64,000 bases of DNA from Mustelus asterias (Eukaryota), in contig NC_135817.1 of assembly GCF_964213995.1 (NCBI RefSeq), positions 52,700,001 through 52,764,000 of the forward strand, read 5' to 3'. Shown here piece after piece: positions 39,634 through 52,971 of the stretch. The translations under genes were made by a program, and so were the position numbers. Every line of letters starts with the position of its first letter. The first letter of the stretch is position 1. The notes beneath the pieces were generated by a model, which was not told the DNA's origin, did no database searches, and saw only the letters and a list, made by a program, of their open reading frames with translations.

Positions 39634-41040
39634 TGAAGTAGTTGCCTGTTCAACCTAATCCCTCCCCCTCCCTGGTAAAACTTTGCTTCAAAAGGTCATT
39701 TAAAATACTTCCTCAGAGAGAGGGGCAGTTGCACCTGTTTGTGGTATTTCTCGAGCACCCTCATAGACGCTGTCTACATAAGGGCTTCTTTCTGGAGAGG
39801 TACATTGCATTCCAAATCCTTCTACTCAAATCCTATTCCACTTTCATTGCAACCAATGAACAGGCTGTTTGTAGTGTAAATCCAGTGACTTTGAGATTTT
39901 TGTAGAAGTATGTGACTTTGGCTTGATATTGTGCAAGTTTAATCTTTAATCACTCTGGCACCACGTAACCTTTTTGAGATCTTGAGTTATGTTGCTGCAG
40001 TCAGGATGTTTTAAAAACTTACTGACCTTTTCTAACTTTCAAATAGACTTGTTAAAAATAACTTCCTGCTAATGCAAAACATATAAAACTATACCATGTT
40101 TCTGTTCAGCAGCCGGATAGTTAAGGAAATTGGTGATATTAGCAGGCTGGAGCTCATTCAGTGCAATATTTAAAGAAATGGCTTAAACTTCACTGTATAT
40201 TTATGTGCAAACATTATAACAACTGCAGATGAAGGCAGGTGCACAATAGAAAACAGAAATCCCAAAGTAGCTGTCTTGAGGTGTGTCATTCCAGCATACC
40301 ATCATGTGAATGCGATCATTCTATCGAGCTCCCAATTGCAATACATTGAGCAGCTTAAAGTTCATCTACCCTCATGGTACTTGCAAGCTAAAGTTGCCTC
40401 AAAGTTAGAATTGGTCTGAAGTGAAGCAAAAGGCCTGTTTTGGGGCCATTTAAATTCAGCACGTACACAAGTAAACCTGGATTAGCGAACAACTGTTTTA
40501 AAAACCATGTGTTATTTACTTGCCAATAAATCTTCCTGGCACCAAAAAATTAACTATTAAAGTTCTGCAGTCTCGTTCCTTCAGGTTTTAATTGTCAGAT
40601 ATTTAAAGATGTGAAATTTAAACTAAAAAAGCACTTGTACTCCAATCTTTTGTTTTCTCTCTCTACCTGATTGAATTCACACACTCTACTTTTCACTTTC
40701 TCTGTGTCCCCTGACTAGATACAGTTGCTTGCTCCATTAACACAGGGCCAAAATGCCTGTTTTTTCTCACTGCAACATCCAGCTCACACTTAGAGCAACC
40801 CGTCATACAAAATGTTGCTGAGATTAAACAGGCAAGGGCAGGTCTCACAACATGGATTCACTCCTGCAGCGAAGTGTGTGTGTGTGTCCCTCAATCTATA
40901 TTATTTTGGTTTATCATGGAAGTATTGCTGAAAAGGATTTTATGAGCATGGCTCGATTTTCTTGGTTTCCTTGCAGGGAACTACTACCCTCGCTTTGACT
41001 CTCTTACTCTGCCTGCATAATAGACTAATTTTTCTCTCTC

Positions 41041-41169
41041 CAAAAGAGAAAATACTGGAAAATCTCAGCAGGTCTGGCAGCATCTGTAAGGGGAGAAAAG
41101 AGCCGACATTTTGAGTCCAGATGACCCTTTGTCAAAGCTTTGACAACATCTGCAATAATTTGCTTTTAT
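41041..41169. mobile_element. Short Penelope-like pseudo-LTR remnant with fold-back centre
   Basis: Inverted arm 41041-41137, 18-bp palindrome TTGTCAAAGCTTTGACAA (41129-41146), then tail CATCTGCAATAATTTGCTTTTAT. The minus strand shows a decayed hammerhead-like TTGACAA-GGGTC/GACTC-AAAATGTC. Confidence 0.6.
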
Positions 41170-41434
41170 CCAATCATTTTCTCTCTGTCTCTCTCTCTCT
41201 CTTTTGATTGTAATCATTAAGGATTATCTTTTGAGTACTCGCAGCCTTTAAATTTCAGTATCTACTCATTTCTTTGACACAGTGCAATATTTCAGTCAAA
41301 ATCTGTTTTTAATGGAAGCATAGAAACAGGTTGCAGGGAAGGAATTGAATCTTAGTGTTGAATTGAATTTGAGTATGCCAATGATTATAGTGACCCAATA
41401 ATAACTTGTTTGGATCAATTGATCTTCCTCCTAG

Positions 41435-41734
41435 ATGTCTTGTATGAGGTAGAATGGTTTGTGACCCAACGGTTCTCCAATGACACTCAAAGTCCTCTGG
41501 TGTCAGTAGATCAGAGGTCGGTGGTGACATATCTGAAGGATGGTAGCGCCAACGACATCAGTGTTGAACGAGTCAGTACACATGAATTCCGTCTGCGACT
41601 ACACTGTTCTGAGAAGACTGCTACCGGGGATTATTTCTGCGCAGTCACACCTTGGGTAAAATCAGAGACTGGAATGTGGCAGAAAATGGCCCCGCAGCAA
41701 TCTGATTCGCTTTCTATACGCATTGATATTTCAG
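41435..41734 (+). CDS. PTGFRN: PTGFRN exon 8 (second part of Ig domain 6)
   Basis: cctag|AT acceptor, TCAG|gtgagt donor, 300 nt; DVLYEVEWF...ISVERVSTHEFRLRLH...GDYFCAVTPWVKSETGMWQK. Confidence 0.92.
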
Positions 41735-41894
41735 GTGAGTTTGCTTTGCTCATTAAGACGATGCTGTTGGGTAAACATAAAGTGCTTTGTTCTTTAGTGT
41801 GGTTGGGGCTACTTTCCCGGTTTCCTGGGTGTTTCTTTTAAAAACACGCCAGATGAAACCAGGAGAATCCAAAGTGTTGGAGGTAGTATATTGA

Positions 41895-42920
41895 CATGGA
41901 TTGGCGACCTGTAACCAGCGGGTTTCCACAGGGATCAGTGCTGGGACTGCAACTGTTTACAGTATATATTAATGACTTGGAGAAAGGAAGCGAATGTACT
42001 GCAGCCAAATTTGCAGACAACACAAAAACAGGCAGAAAGGCAAGTTGCAAGAGGGATACAAACAATTCACAGAGAGATATTGATAGGTTAAGTAAATGGG
42101 CAAAAAGTTGGCGAATGGTGTATAATGTGGGAAAATGTAAAGTTCATTTCAGAAGGGAGAACAAAACAGGATATTATTTAGATGGAAAAAAACTGCAGAA
42201 AGCTGCAACACAAAGGAACTTGAGGGTACTTGTGCATGAAACACAGAAATCCAGCATACAGGTATAGCAGTTAATCAGGAAGGCTAATGGAATGTTGGCC
42301 CTTATTTCAAGGGGGTTGGAATATAAGAGTAGGATGTCTTGCTGCAACTGTACAAGGTACTGGTGAGACCACATCTGGAGTACTGTGAGCAGTTTTGGTC
42401 CCCTTATTTAAGGAATGATATTTAATTGGAGACAGTTCAGAGAAGATTCACTCGGATGATCACCGGTATGGAGGGATTGTCTTATGAGGAAAGGTTAAAC
42501 AGGTTGGGGGTCTACTCATTGGAGTTTAGAAGGATGAGAGGTGATCTCATTCAAACATACAAGATTCTTAAGGTGTTTGACAGGGTAAATGCTGAGAGGA
42601 TGTTTCCCCTCATGGGTCAGTCTAGGACCAGAGGGCATAATTTCAGAATAAAGGGGTACCAATTTAAGACTGAGATGAGGAGGAATTTCTTTTGAGCGTT
42701 GAGAGTCTTTGGAACTCCTTGCCACAGAGAGCTGTGGGAGCAGAGTCCTTGTGTACATTTAATGCTGAGATAGATAGATTTTTGATCAGCAGTAAGTGAA
42801 TCGAGCATTACAGAGAAAAGGCAGGAAAGTGGACATGAGAAATGTCGGATTAGCCATGATCCTGTTGAATGGCAGAGTGGGCTTGAGGGGCTGAATGGCC
42901 TATTACTGGTCTTATGGTCT
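41895..42920 (+). mobile_element. CR1 LINE 3' fragment
   Basis: SGFPQGSVLGLQLF, KFADNTK, RRMRGDLIQTYKIL; CR1 3' UTR. Confidence 0.93.
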
Positions 42921-43914
42921 TTAGGTGAGGGAAGGAGTTAAAATGCTAAATTTAACCTGGTGAACATTTTGCTAGTTATATTGGTTTGTTGAAAAGTTAT
43001 GCCATATTTTCGAAACAAGCGGAGCAGTCTAATTTCTTGTCTGACTTTCATTGGGAACTGGAAATGAGATGCATCATTCTATATAAGATTATATATCCAA
43101 GTTCATACTGATAGATGCACAGCAACGATATGATATTCATATTTGGGGAATTGTATATTTGGCAAATTGGGGGAAAAAAAGTCTTACAGTTGTAAATTTG
43201 TCAAGGAAATAAATTTTTGTGGTAAATGTTCTGTTCTTGCCATCATCATATTGTGGTGGGTTTATTTCTAGTGTAAGTTTCATATCCTTTTCTGAAACCA
43301 GTCTATTTCTTTGTGTGAACCTAGGGGACAGGCTACTGACTGTTAATAACATCACATCCACAGTCCAATTCTTTACCCAGTGTTCATAGATGCTCACACA
43401 CATGATCACGCACGTGCTTACTTTGCCAGTTGAGTCAATGTTTAATGTTTATTTATTAGTGTCACAAGTAGGCTTACAGTAACACTGCAATGAAGTTACT
43501 GTGAAAATCCCCTATGGATGGGAAGCAAGCAATAAGCCTTTATAATTGTTCCTCTTCTCCCTTCCCAGCTTGAGGACTCTAAAGCCCATGGTAGCACCTG
43601 ACTGAGAATGACTAACTTGATAAAGATCAAAGTTCAAACCGCCGGAGCTTGTTGTTAAACCAGGCAGTACCTTTAAACATCAAATGATTCAGGAAAGGCC
43701 ATGATTCACTTCAGAACGCCAAGTTCAACCTCCAAAGGCTAGTTTAGCAGACTGCAGTTGGCCCTTCTACCAGTGATGTCACATCTCTTGACCCTTTTGA
43801 TCTTCAGGCAGCAGTTTTTTCATAAAAGCTGTTCAGAACATAAATCAAAAGTGTCTTTTATAAATAAGCAGGGATTATTGGTTAAGCTCAAAATGTTTAC
43901 AGATTTCTTTGGCT

Positions 43915-44268
43915 AGAGTGGCACAGTGGTTAGCAATGCTGCCTCACAGGGTCCGGGATCAAGGTTCAATTCCAGGGATCAGGGTCAGGGATCAATTCCA
44001 GCCTTGGATGACTGTGTGGGACATTCTCCCAATGTCTCCCAGGGTTTCCTCCAGGTGCTCTGGTTTGCTCTCTCAGTCCAAAGCTGTGCAGGTTAGGTGG
44101 ATTGGCCATGCTAAATTATCCCTTCGTGTTCCAAGATGTGTAGGTTAGATGGATTAGCCTCGGAAAATGTGTGGGGTTGTGGAGGGCCTGGATGGAATGC
44201 TCTGTCTGAGAGTTGGTGCAGACTCAAAGGGCCGAATGTCCTCTTCTGCACTATAGGGATTCTATGAT
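43915..44268 (+). mobile_element. HE1-like SINE, tail type 1
   Basis: Head with a small internal duplication, core, GATTCTATGATT tail. Confidence 0.85.
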
Positions 44269-45448
44269 TGGTGCATATACTGGCTGCAGATTTGACTCTG
44301 GGCAGAATACAATGTTTGTGAGCCACCGTTTGCCACTTTAGGAAAGAGATGTTCTGAATCCATAAATGATAAATTGGCCACGTGCAACAAAAGCTAGAAA
44401 ATCCAGCAGGTTGGACTGCATGCTTGTGAAGAACCTGCACATTCTTTGCTCGATTAATGTGAATGCCGGAAGGCTGGGTGTTTTTTTTTAATAATGTCTT
44501 ACAATCCAACCTCTCCAATTCTGGAATTCACTGTCCCTGGCAGTCTAGTGCTTCAGGATACTTGTGATAGAATAGCTCCTTTTTTTTTTGTCCCAGTCTA
44601 TTTTAAGATCGTGACATCCTCGAGACAGTTAGTTAAGCAGTGTTGTGAGGAGAACGTTCCTATGACAACACGGTAATTGCTCATCTTGTGAAAGTAAACA
44701 TGTAATAAAAGCGGGTTTGATTACATGGCTGGGATTTCTTACAACTGTGACATTATTGAGCTCAGACGCACAAGATAAAGTACATAATCCTCACATTTAC
44801 AGCATTTGGCCACAAAAGATTCCCTTTGTGTTACTCTGATTTTTGTTGTGATGCTTTTCCACAGATAAAAACAGTGAACTTCTAGATCCAACTAGCCTGT
44901 CTGACAGTATATACGATTCCGAGATGTGCGCACACCAAGTGGATATAGAGGGGGATGAGGCAACTGGCCACCTTTTAGCCATCATTATTTTGTGATCATT
45001 CAATTATCAGACATTGTTGTACAAGACATTCCTAGTTCTGAAGTGCCCTTTTCGTGCGGCTGTGAAGCCATTGGTTAACAAGTTCCTCCTTCTCCAACCA
45101 GGATTGCGTAATCACAGATAATAGACAGATGGCTGAGAAAGAAGGGAAAGATAAACAAGTCAAGTAAAACAGTGAGAAATAGTTAAAACATAGGTGTTTA
45201 ATGGGAAATGAAATATAACGGCAATATTAAAGACCAACAGGGTGGTCAGGCAGCTGAGAAGGGATGATACAAATAGGGCTCAAAAATACAATTCAGATAG
45301 ACTGCATAAAAATGATGCTAAAATAGAAAGAATATTTGCATAATGTGGAGGTCGGGAGGGCAGACCAAAAAAAAAGTATTAACTTTTTTTTCACTAACAT
45401 TCTCTCTCTCTCTCTTCTGCCTCATCCTTTCCCTTTCCTCCCCATCAG

Positions 45449-45612
45449 TGCTAGATTCCTTTAAGATGCCTTTGATATATGGGATTAGTGTCGCCTTATT
45501 GATTGGAATTCTCGCCTGTGCAATCGGAAAGTGTGCCTCTCGGTACTGCTCTGGGGAGAGAATTACGCCAAGATACGAGCAACACAGGTTAATCCCGATG
45601 GGCACGGACTGA
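45449..45612 (+). CDS. PTGFRN: PTGFRN exon 9 coding part (TM helix + cytoplasmic tail, stop TGA)
   Basis: Long polypyrimidine tract + catcag|TG; VLDSFKMPLIYGISVALLIGILACAIGKCASRYC...RLIPMGTD*, a hydrophobic helix with juxtamembrane Cys. Exons 2-9 total 2579 nt and stay in frame. Confidence 0.92.
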
Positions 45613-48600
45613 GACGATCTCTTGCAGTATTGCAGGGTGACCATTGGATGAACTGCGGAAACTACCTACTCTCTGCAACTTGGGGAGGAAGAAAAAGCAG
45701 ATGTTGAGGAGGTGTCCTGTCTTTTTTAGAATGTTAACATGTGCAATGATTGTAATTTTGTTTTTTTTTTAAAAAAGCCATGTTCCGGTATTCGAGTGGG
45801 GTAAAAACACTTTGTGGGAATGTCAGTGTGATTTTTGTTAATTATTTCTTATGTGCAGCAAGTGATATTTTAGAGATACTGCCAGTGTTTCTCAACATCT
45901 GACCATCTCTGCGTAGAGAAGATAAAACACCAGCGACGTTTTCTTGGTCTCTGCTGGTCAGTCACCATTACTGTGGTTTCAGGTTATCATTGGGTTCAGG
46001 CTGTAAACTGGATATTGTTCTCTTGAGTAGTAATGTGGATGGGGATTTTGTTCTGTGATATTCAAGTTCAAAATTGCAGTGAAATATCAATTCGGGCAGA
46101 GTGCTGAGTTCGACCAGCTTGCTTACAAAGGCTGAAATCAGTAAAATGAACAATGTTAACACCATTCTGGAAAGCATGGATAAAAGACTGGCTGGCTCGA
46201 AAGGGAGACCAATGGTTTCTCTGCTATACAGACTTGTAACAGAAGATATTATTTCTGGAGCGTTTAGAGGGAGGGGCAGAGGTTCCATCATGTACAATGC
46301 ATTCCCAAGACCCTATTGAGAGGGAATAACTGCTGTCTTTGAACTTGCAGGGGTTGAAATTTACCCAAAAGGGAGATTGAACTTGACGCAGCCCACTCCA
46401 GTGCAGTACAATTCTATCTGATCTTGGTACAAAAACATTTACTTTGGCATCAGTATAGTTTATGTAAATTAAGGCGAGGTTGCAATTAATGCAGTTTCAA
46501 AGAAAAATGAAACGGTCAGACTAAATTGTTGACTGCTGCTGAAGCAAGTAATTCCGTGTGATGTAGCATCGCCCAATAAATCCTGATCTTCTTACACTTG
46601 CTACATACAACACATTTTTTTGAACTATAATTTTTTAAAAAATTTTTTCAACGCTCAGAGGTGGGCTGTTTTTTAAGCAATTTTCATTGCCCAGTCCTTT
46701 ATTGGCACTCCAGTGGAAGACAGTTTTACCCCTGGTTAAGCAGTTATAAAAACAGACATGCTTCCAGGTTTATCTCACAATGTTATTACTTATACCGGAG
46801 GCACAGAATGAGGAGCCTCATTGATTGTCTCTTCCTCCTGTTTGGCACGCTGAGGGGCAGGTGGGGAATAAGATCGATGGCTTTCTCTCTCTCGATAACT
46901 GGCCTAAATTAGGTGCTCTGCATGGAAAAGTGAAACTGAGTGAAAGAGGCCCATTCCGCCCCGAACAACACTATATGGATTTTCCTCTTGCCCTAGCTGG
47001 GAAGGCAGCCGGCTGCCCCTTCATCACCTCACCGCATTAATGATGGCAGAGGAAGAAGCCCAAGAAATCCGCCCAATTTTCCTGGATTCTATTGCTACAG
47101 ATGCTGATGCCTGCTAGGAGATGGCTAATAGTAGAGAACTTGGGGCAGCATTGCCAGGCCTGTTGAAACTGTTCCTGGAGGGAATGGGGCCCAGTAGTGG
47201 AAGCCTCTCTTTCTCCTTGGGCCTATAACTTTGTCAACTGGTGCACTGCAGTATCATCATTCCCTCCTGGTAGTAGCAGGCTCACTTTTGCTGCCAGAAA
47301 CCATGCCTGCATTGCTCAACCCATTAAAATGCAAGGCCAGCCTCATACATTCCTCAGGCAATGAACCTACCCTGGAGGGAAATTTAGGCCTCTCAATATT
47401 TGTACAACCGTGCAATGGCCATACATGGCTGGCCTCTCACTTGCAGGATAAGTGAAGCATGTTAATTAACAGCCTCAATGGGAGAAAACAATCAAGTACA
47501 ACACAGATTTTCTATCATCTCCGGTACATTATTAAGAAGCAAATAATTGTTTTGTGCTTGGGGTGTGTATGCAGTTTTGTTTTATACAAGTTAACAAACA
47601 AGCCAAGTGCCAAAGTCATTTAGTGAGAATTACTGCCGTAACACTGCAAAAAGTCTTTTCAACTATTTCATTGAATGACTGAAATACACTCCAGTAAAAT
47701 TTAGGATTTTTAAATTAATTTTGCTTTGAATTTTGTTTAAAGGACTGGCTGTTTATACAATGGCACTTGAACCTGCAATGTTAATGACTAATCACAACCA
47801 CTATCTGATCTCCAATAGTTCACCTAATTCTGTTCATTTGTTTTCAGGGAATCTCTTCCTTGAGATCCTTGAAAGTGTATATCAGACATACACTGGCAAT
47901 ACAGTTAACTAATCTGTGTGTTCTGATACTTTGTTACTTCGGATTTCCAAATTGTGCATTTGTCTTTTATTTAGTGTCAAATAATCAATGATTTTAGATG
48001 ATACAATGAACCAGTCAGCCATTTTGAAATACACCATATCAGAATTAATCTCCTGATGGATTTTGCTGGAATTTTGTATGCACTGGAGCTGAGATCCAAG
48101 GCATGTGTTTGAAACATTCAAATTTCCATCCCCACACTTCTTTAGTCGTGAAATTGAACTATTTTTGTGTGGCTTTGCTGTTGACACTTGCAGAATGTGA
48201 CAAAGAAGTTTTTTTTTTCCTCTAGCAATTTTCTTTTACAAGGAAGCAGCATATTGAATTCTTAAGATGGTCAATTTGCATGGGCGGCACAGTGGTTAGC
48301 ACTGTTGCCTCACAGTGCCGGGGACCCGGGTTCAATTCCGGCCGCAAGTGACTGTCTGTGTGGAGTTTGCACATTCTCCTCGTGTCTGCATGGGTTTCCT
48401 CCGGGTGCTCCCGTTTCTTCCCACAGACCAAAGATGTGCGGGTTAGGTTGATTGGCCATGCTAAATTGCCTCGTAATGTCAGGGGGGGTTTAGCAGGATA
48501 AATATGTGGGGCTACGGGGATGGGGCCTAGGTGGGATTGTTGTCGGCACAGGCTTGGTGGACCAAATGGCATCCTTCTGCACTATAGGGATTCTATGATT

Positions 48601-49420
48601 TGCATAACAAAGCCTTAGAAACGATCCAAGCATATGCATGGCGATTGCATTTTTTTGGGCGGTGAGTAGAGAGGATTGTGTTAATCCAGTTGGAATCACC
48701 TTCACTGGTTTGTTTAAAAAAAAACTCCATATGCCATTTAGCAATTGAAATTTACTCTTGTGGTGGTTTAGATTCCACACTAGTGATAGGTAATAGTGGT
48801 AAAAAAGATTTAATAGAAACCTCATTGTCAGAACTAAATTACCAGATAAGAACTAAATTATCAGGGTGTACCTGGCTGTAGTTTAAGATTGGCCACGCTT
48901 CCAAAGGATGTATCCGTGCTGTGCCCACTCATTAGAAATCAGGGATTTTTAATCTTAAAATCCCCCCCCCACACTTTGTGTGATTTCCTGTCAAGGTAAT
49001 TTTGGGTATGACACACTCTTACCACATTCTGGTGCTCAGTTGCAAAAACCACTCCTTTTCCTATATAATTTCTTGAAACATTATTTCTACTGTTAAAAGA
49101 ACCTGACATATTCCCTTCAGGGAACTGATCTGAAAAATTATCTTGGACTTGAAGATTTTCTAAACATACTCTTCTGTCAATTGCCTTGCACATGTGGGTT
49201 AACCAAATATGTCAGTGTAAAATCAAAAGGGCAAAAAAAAGTTAAACTAAAATTCTTAACACATCCAAACTCTTAGGAGCGTTTAAGTTTTTTAATTGTT
49301 TAAACTTCTGCGCAAAATTTACAGAAGCATTTATTACCACAGTGAGTTGCAATTGTTCTCAAATGTATGTACATAAAACACTTAAAGTTTTCTGTTAATT
49401 AAAGTTTGCTCATGGTTTGT
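45613..49420 (+). other. Putative PTGFRN 3' UTR (extent uncertain)
   Basis: AU-rich, LINE-free stretch after the stop codon. Candidate poly(A) signals AATAAA 46575-46580 and ATTAAA 49398-49403; the latter is preceded by TGTACATA (49368-49375) and followed by U/GU-rich sequence. Confidence 0.4.
48282..48600 (+). mobile_element. HE1-like SINE, tail type 1 (within putative 3' UTR)
   Basis: Full head, core, tail. Confidence 0.9.
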
Positions 49421-49767
49421 ATTCATTTGATTGCTGAATGTTTTGGGAAAGTGTTCATTCCTTACTAGTCCATCTCTTGTGGCATCACTTGGGAGACAAA
49501 ATGTAAAAATATTTCTGAGAGTCTATCGCTCAGTAACTGGCTCTCCTGTCTTCCACTCTCATCTTTTCTACTCCCTCCCCCTCCCCTTCCACCATCTTTT
49601 CTTTGTTTTGTCTCTGCAAAATGGAGGCAAAAATGATTTATTTTGCAAAAATGATTTATTTTGCCTTGCTTCCAAGGCCTCTCTGATACTTATCCAATGC
49701 TACATACATTAGCACAGGGTCTGCTCTGCTCAGGATTTTTTTGGTTCTTGCGTTGGTCTAACCTATA

Positions 49768-49894
49768 GGTCAGAATTTTACCGGCATGCCTGCACCAATT
49801 CCAGGAGCGGGCGAGGCTCGGAGAACGGCATTCTTCGTTGGCATTGGGCGGGATCGTATGAACCTCGGGCGGATGTGCTGGTAAAATTCCGCCC
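49768..49894. mobile_element. 127-bp MITE (PIF/Harbinger-like termini)
   Basis: TIRs GGTCAGAATTTTACCGGCA / TGCTGGTAAAATTCCGCCC (16/19 match); flanks ATA and TTA. Confidence 0.65.
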
Positions 49895-50884
49895 TTAATC
49901 TTTAAAAGCCCCTCCCAACCCACCACAATACAGAAATGTAGAGCCAGGAGAAATTGGCATACTCCCTTTGGATCTAAAGCACTTTTCCGTACTTCTCATC
50001 TCTTATTCTACTTCTCCCGAATCCCTAGGATCTTGTTGAGGACGCTGGACTGACGAGCAACCATGTCAAAATATCAAGCTTAAGTCAGAGAGGTACCTGA
50101 TCCAGATAGAGGAGCTGTGATAGCAGTGTCTCTGTCTGTAACATGACCATGGAAAGATGTAGACAATGCAGAGAGTGAAAAAGGCAAAGGGATCCTGGCC
50201 CCTTGTAATCAGGTGACCTGTCAGAGCAGATTATTGGTGCTGTCTTCAGTGAAACTACTCCCCATAAACTGCCCCATTACAACTGTCCCTTGACCACCAT
50301 CCAACAGCAACAAGCCTCCAACAACAAATCAAATTATGCCAACAACAACGACTACTTATTTTTAGTGCCTGATTTTGTCTGCCCTTGTGTTCCTATAAGA
50401 TCAATGGGGGAGACTGCAGATGGCCATGCAGGACAGCCTCAAGCAGTCCGCGGCCCTGAGGCCCAGCTTTGGACTGCACCACATTGGCATGGGAGGGCAA
50501 CAGTCTGGACTGGCTGAATAGTGGGCAAAGGCACTGGCAGAATAGCAGTGGTCAGAACACAAATGCAATCATTTTTCATTGGTGCCACTTTCGCTGTTAA
50601 TCCAATGAGCGACTCCTCTGCAATCCTATGAGGATAGTGGTGCTGTGGGAGTCTGCAAGCCTCTCTGAGCATTGGAGCTTCTGCCATGTGTAGACTTGCA
50701 TGGCAACAGGCCGAAATTTCCTGATCGCAGTCTGAGCTTCACTGCACAGTGTCACTGCAAGGCTTCTTCCTCTGCTGCTAAGGAAGTCCAAATAGTGGCC
50801 GTGGGTGCTCCATGTTTGGATCGGCTAGTGCTGTTATGTAGTTGTGTTCCAAGCTCTCCTACGCTGGAGGTGGACTACTCCATG

Positions 50885-51700
50885 GTCCTTTTTTATTCAT
50901 TTACAGGATGTGGGCAGTGCTGACTAGGCCAGCATTTATTGCCTATCCTGAGTTGCCCTTCAGAAGATAGTGATGAGCTGCCTTTTAAAACAGATGTAGT
51001 CCCTGAGGTGTAGGTACAACCACAGTGCTGTTGAGCAACTGTGAAGGTGATATATTTCTAAGTGAGGATGGTGAGTGACTTGTAGCGGAACCTCCAGATG
51101 ATGATATTCCCAGGCATCTGCTTCTCTTGTCCTTCTAGATGGTAGTGGTTGTGGATTTGGAAGGTGCTGTCCAAGGAGCCTTGGTGTGTTCCTATAGTGA
51201 ATCTTGAGGATGGTACACATTGTTGCCACTGTTCGTGAGTTTGTTTGTGGAAGGGGTAGCAATCAAGCGGGCTGCTTTGTCCTGGATGTTGTTGGAGCTG
51301 CACTCATCCAGGCAAGTGGGGACTATTCCATCCCACTCCTGATATGTGCCTTGTAGATGGTGAACAGGCTTTGGAGGGGGTCACTGCAGAATTCCTAGCC
51401 TTTGACCTGCATTAATGCCTGGTCCAGTTCAGTGTCTGGTCAGTGGTTCCACCACCAACACCCCCCCACCCCCCCCGGATGTTGATAATTGGGAATTCAA
51501 TATTAAATATCAATGGGTGATGATTCGATTCTCCCTTGTTGGAGATGGTCATTGCCTGGCACTTTTGTGGTGCAAATTTTACTTGCCACTTGTCAGCCCA
51601 AGCCTTTCTGCATTTGGACATGGACTGCTTCAGTATCTGAGGAGTTGTAAATGGTGCTGAACGTTGTGCAATCATCAGTGTACATCCCAGTTTTGACTTT
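50885..51700 (-). mobile_element. CR1/L2-group LINE family C 3' fragment
   Basis: AWADKWQVKFAPQKCQAMTISNK; tail GGCAATAAATGCTGGCCTAGTCAGCACTGCCCACATCC shared with SINE family C. Confidence 0.85.
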
Positions 51701-51899
51701 AAAATCGTGGTGCTAAAGAGGCCAGAATTAAATGAGCACATCTATCTTGAAGAGTTATGGGATTGGAGGAGATTGTAATGGAAGGGGGGGCTGGGATTTT
51801 CCAATCCCACCAGCAGTGGGAATCCTCACAGGTGAGATTGGAAAATTTGGAGTGTAGCCAAAAGTCCAGATGTCTTTGGCGGGACTGGAAAATCCATCG

Positions 51900-52690
51900 A
51901 GTGGGGCACAGCTATGGAGTTATTTGAAAACGCAAATGAGAATTTAAAAATTGAGGTGTTTGGCAGGGAGCCAATGTAAGTCAACGAGATCGGGGGTAAT
52001 TGTTAGGACATGGGCAACAGAGTTTTGGATGACTTCAAGTTTACAGAACTTTACAGGTAGAAATGTGAGAGACCAGCCAGGAGCGTGTTGGATTAATCAA
52101 GACAGGTTTTGAAGCCTGAATGATAGTTGCAACAGCAGATAAACTGAGGCAGGAACAAAGTCAGGCAGGAACAAAGTCAACCAATGTTATGGATGTGCAA
52201 ATAGGCAGTCATAGTGACGCTGCAAATATGTGGTCAAATATCTTTGTGTCAAATATTATGCGGAGTTTGTAAATAGTCTGGTTCAGCATCAGACAGTTGT
52301 CAGGGAGAGGGATGGAGTCAGTAGCTAGGGAATGGAGTTTGGAATGGGGATGAAAATAATGACTTCAATCTTTCCAATATGTGGAGGAACCTTCTGCTCT
52401 GTTAAACAGTCTGCCAAATCCTCCACTGCTGTTACATTATCAATGAGGTAAAGATGGGTGTCATTAGCGCGCATGTGAAAACTAACATGTTATCCATTTA
52501 CATCACCAGAAAAAATAGTGGGAGAGGGAAGAGATGACATGGATGAGGAGTCTCAGGCTATGATTAGATACATAATAAAGGAAGCCAGGTGAGTACAGAC
52601 CCACCTAACCATTCACAGTGGAGAGGCATTGGAGGAGGATGGTATGATCAACCATGCCAAGGGCTGAAGACAGATCGAAGAGGATAAGGA
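51900..52690 (-). mobile_element. Decayed L2-like LINE fragment
   Basis: Pyrimidine-rich minus strand with L2-like RT remnants; no open frame. Confidence 0.45.
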
Positions 52691-52971
52691 ACAATAGTTT
52701 GGCTGAAAAGTGGCAAGTAACATTCATGCCATAAGTGCCAGGCAACTATCATCTCCAACAAGACAGTATCAAACCATCACCTCATGACGTTCAATGGCAT
52801 TACCAAATACTGAATCCCCCACTATCAACATCCTGGGGGTTACTGTTGACCAAAATCTGAACTGGACTAGCCATGTAAATATTGTGGCCACAAGGACAAA
52901 TCAAAGGCTAGGAATCTTGCAGTGGGTAACTCGCCTCCTGACTCCCTAAAGCTTGTCCACTATCTACAAGG

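Noticed and set aside
9618-52180. Short tandem duplications (17 bp near 9618, 18 bp near 49627, 16 bp near 52148) and microsatellites
   Set aside because: Ordinary slippage products; no array or spacer structure, so not CRISPR-like.
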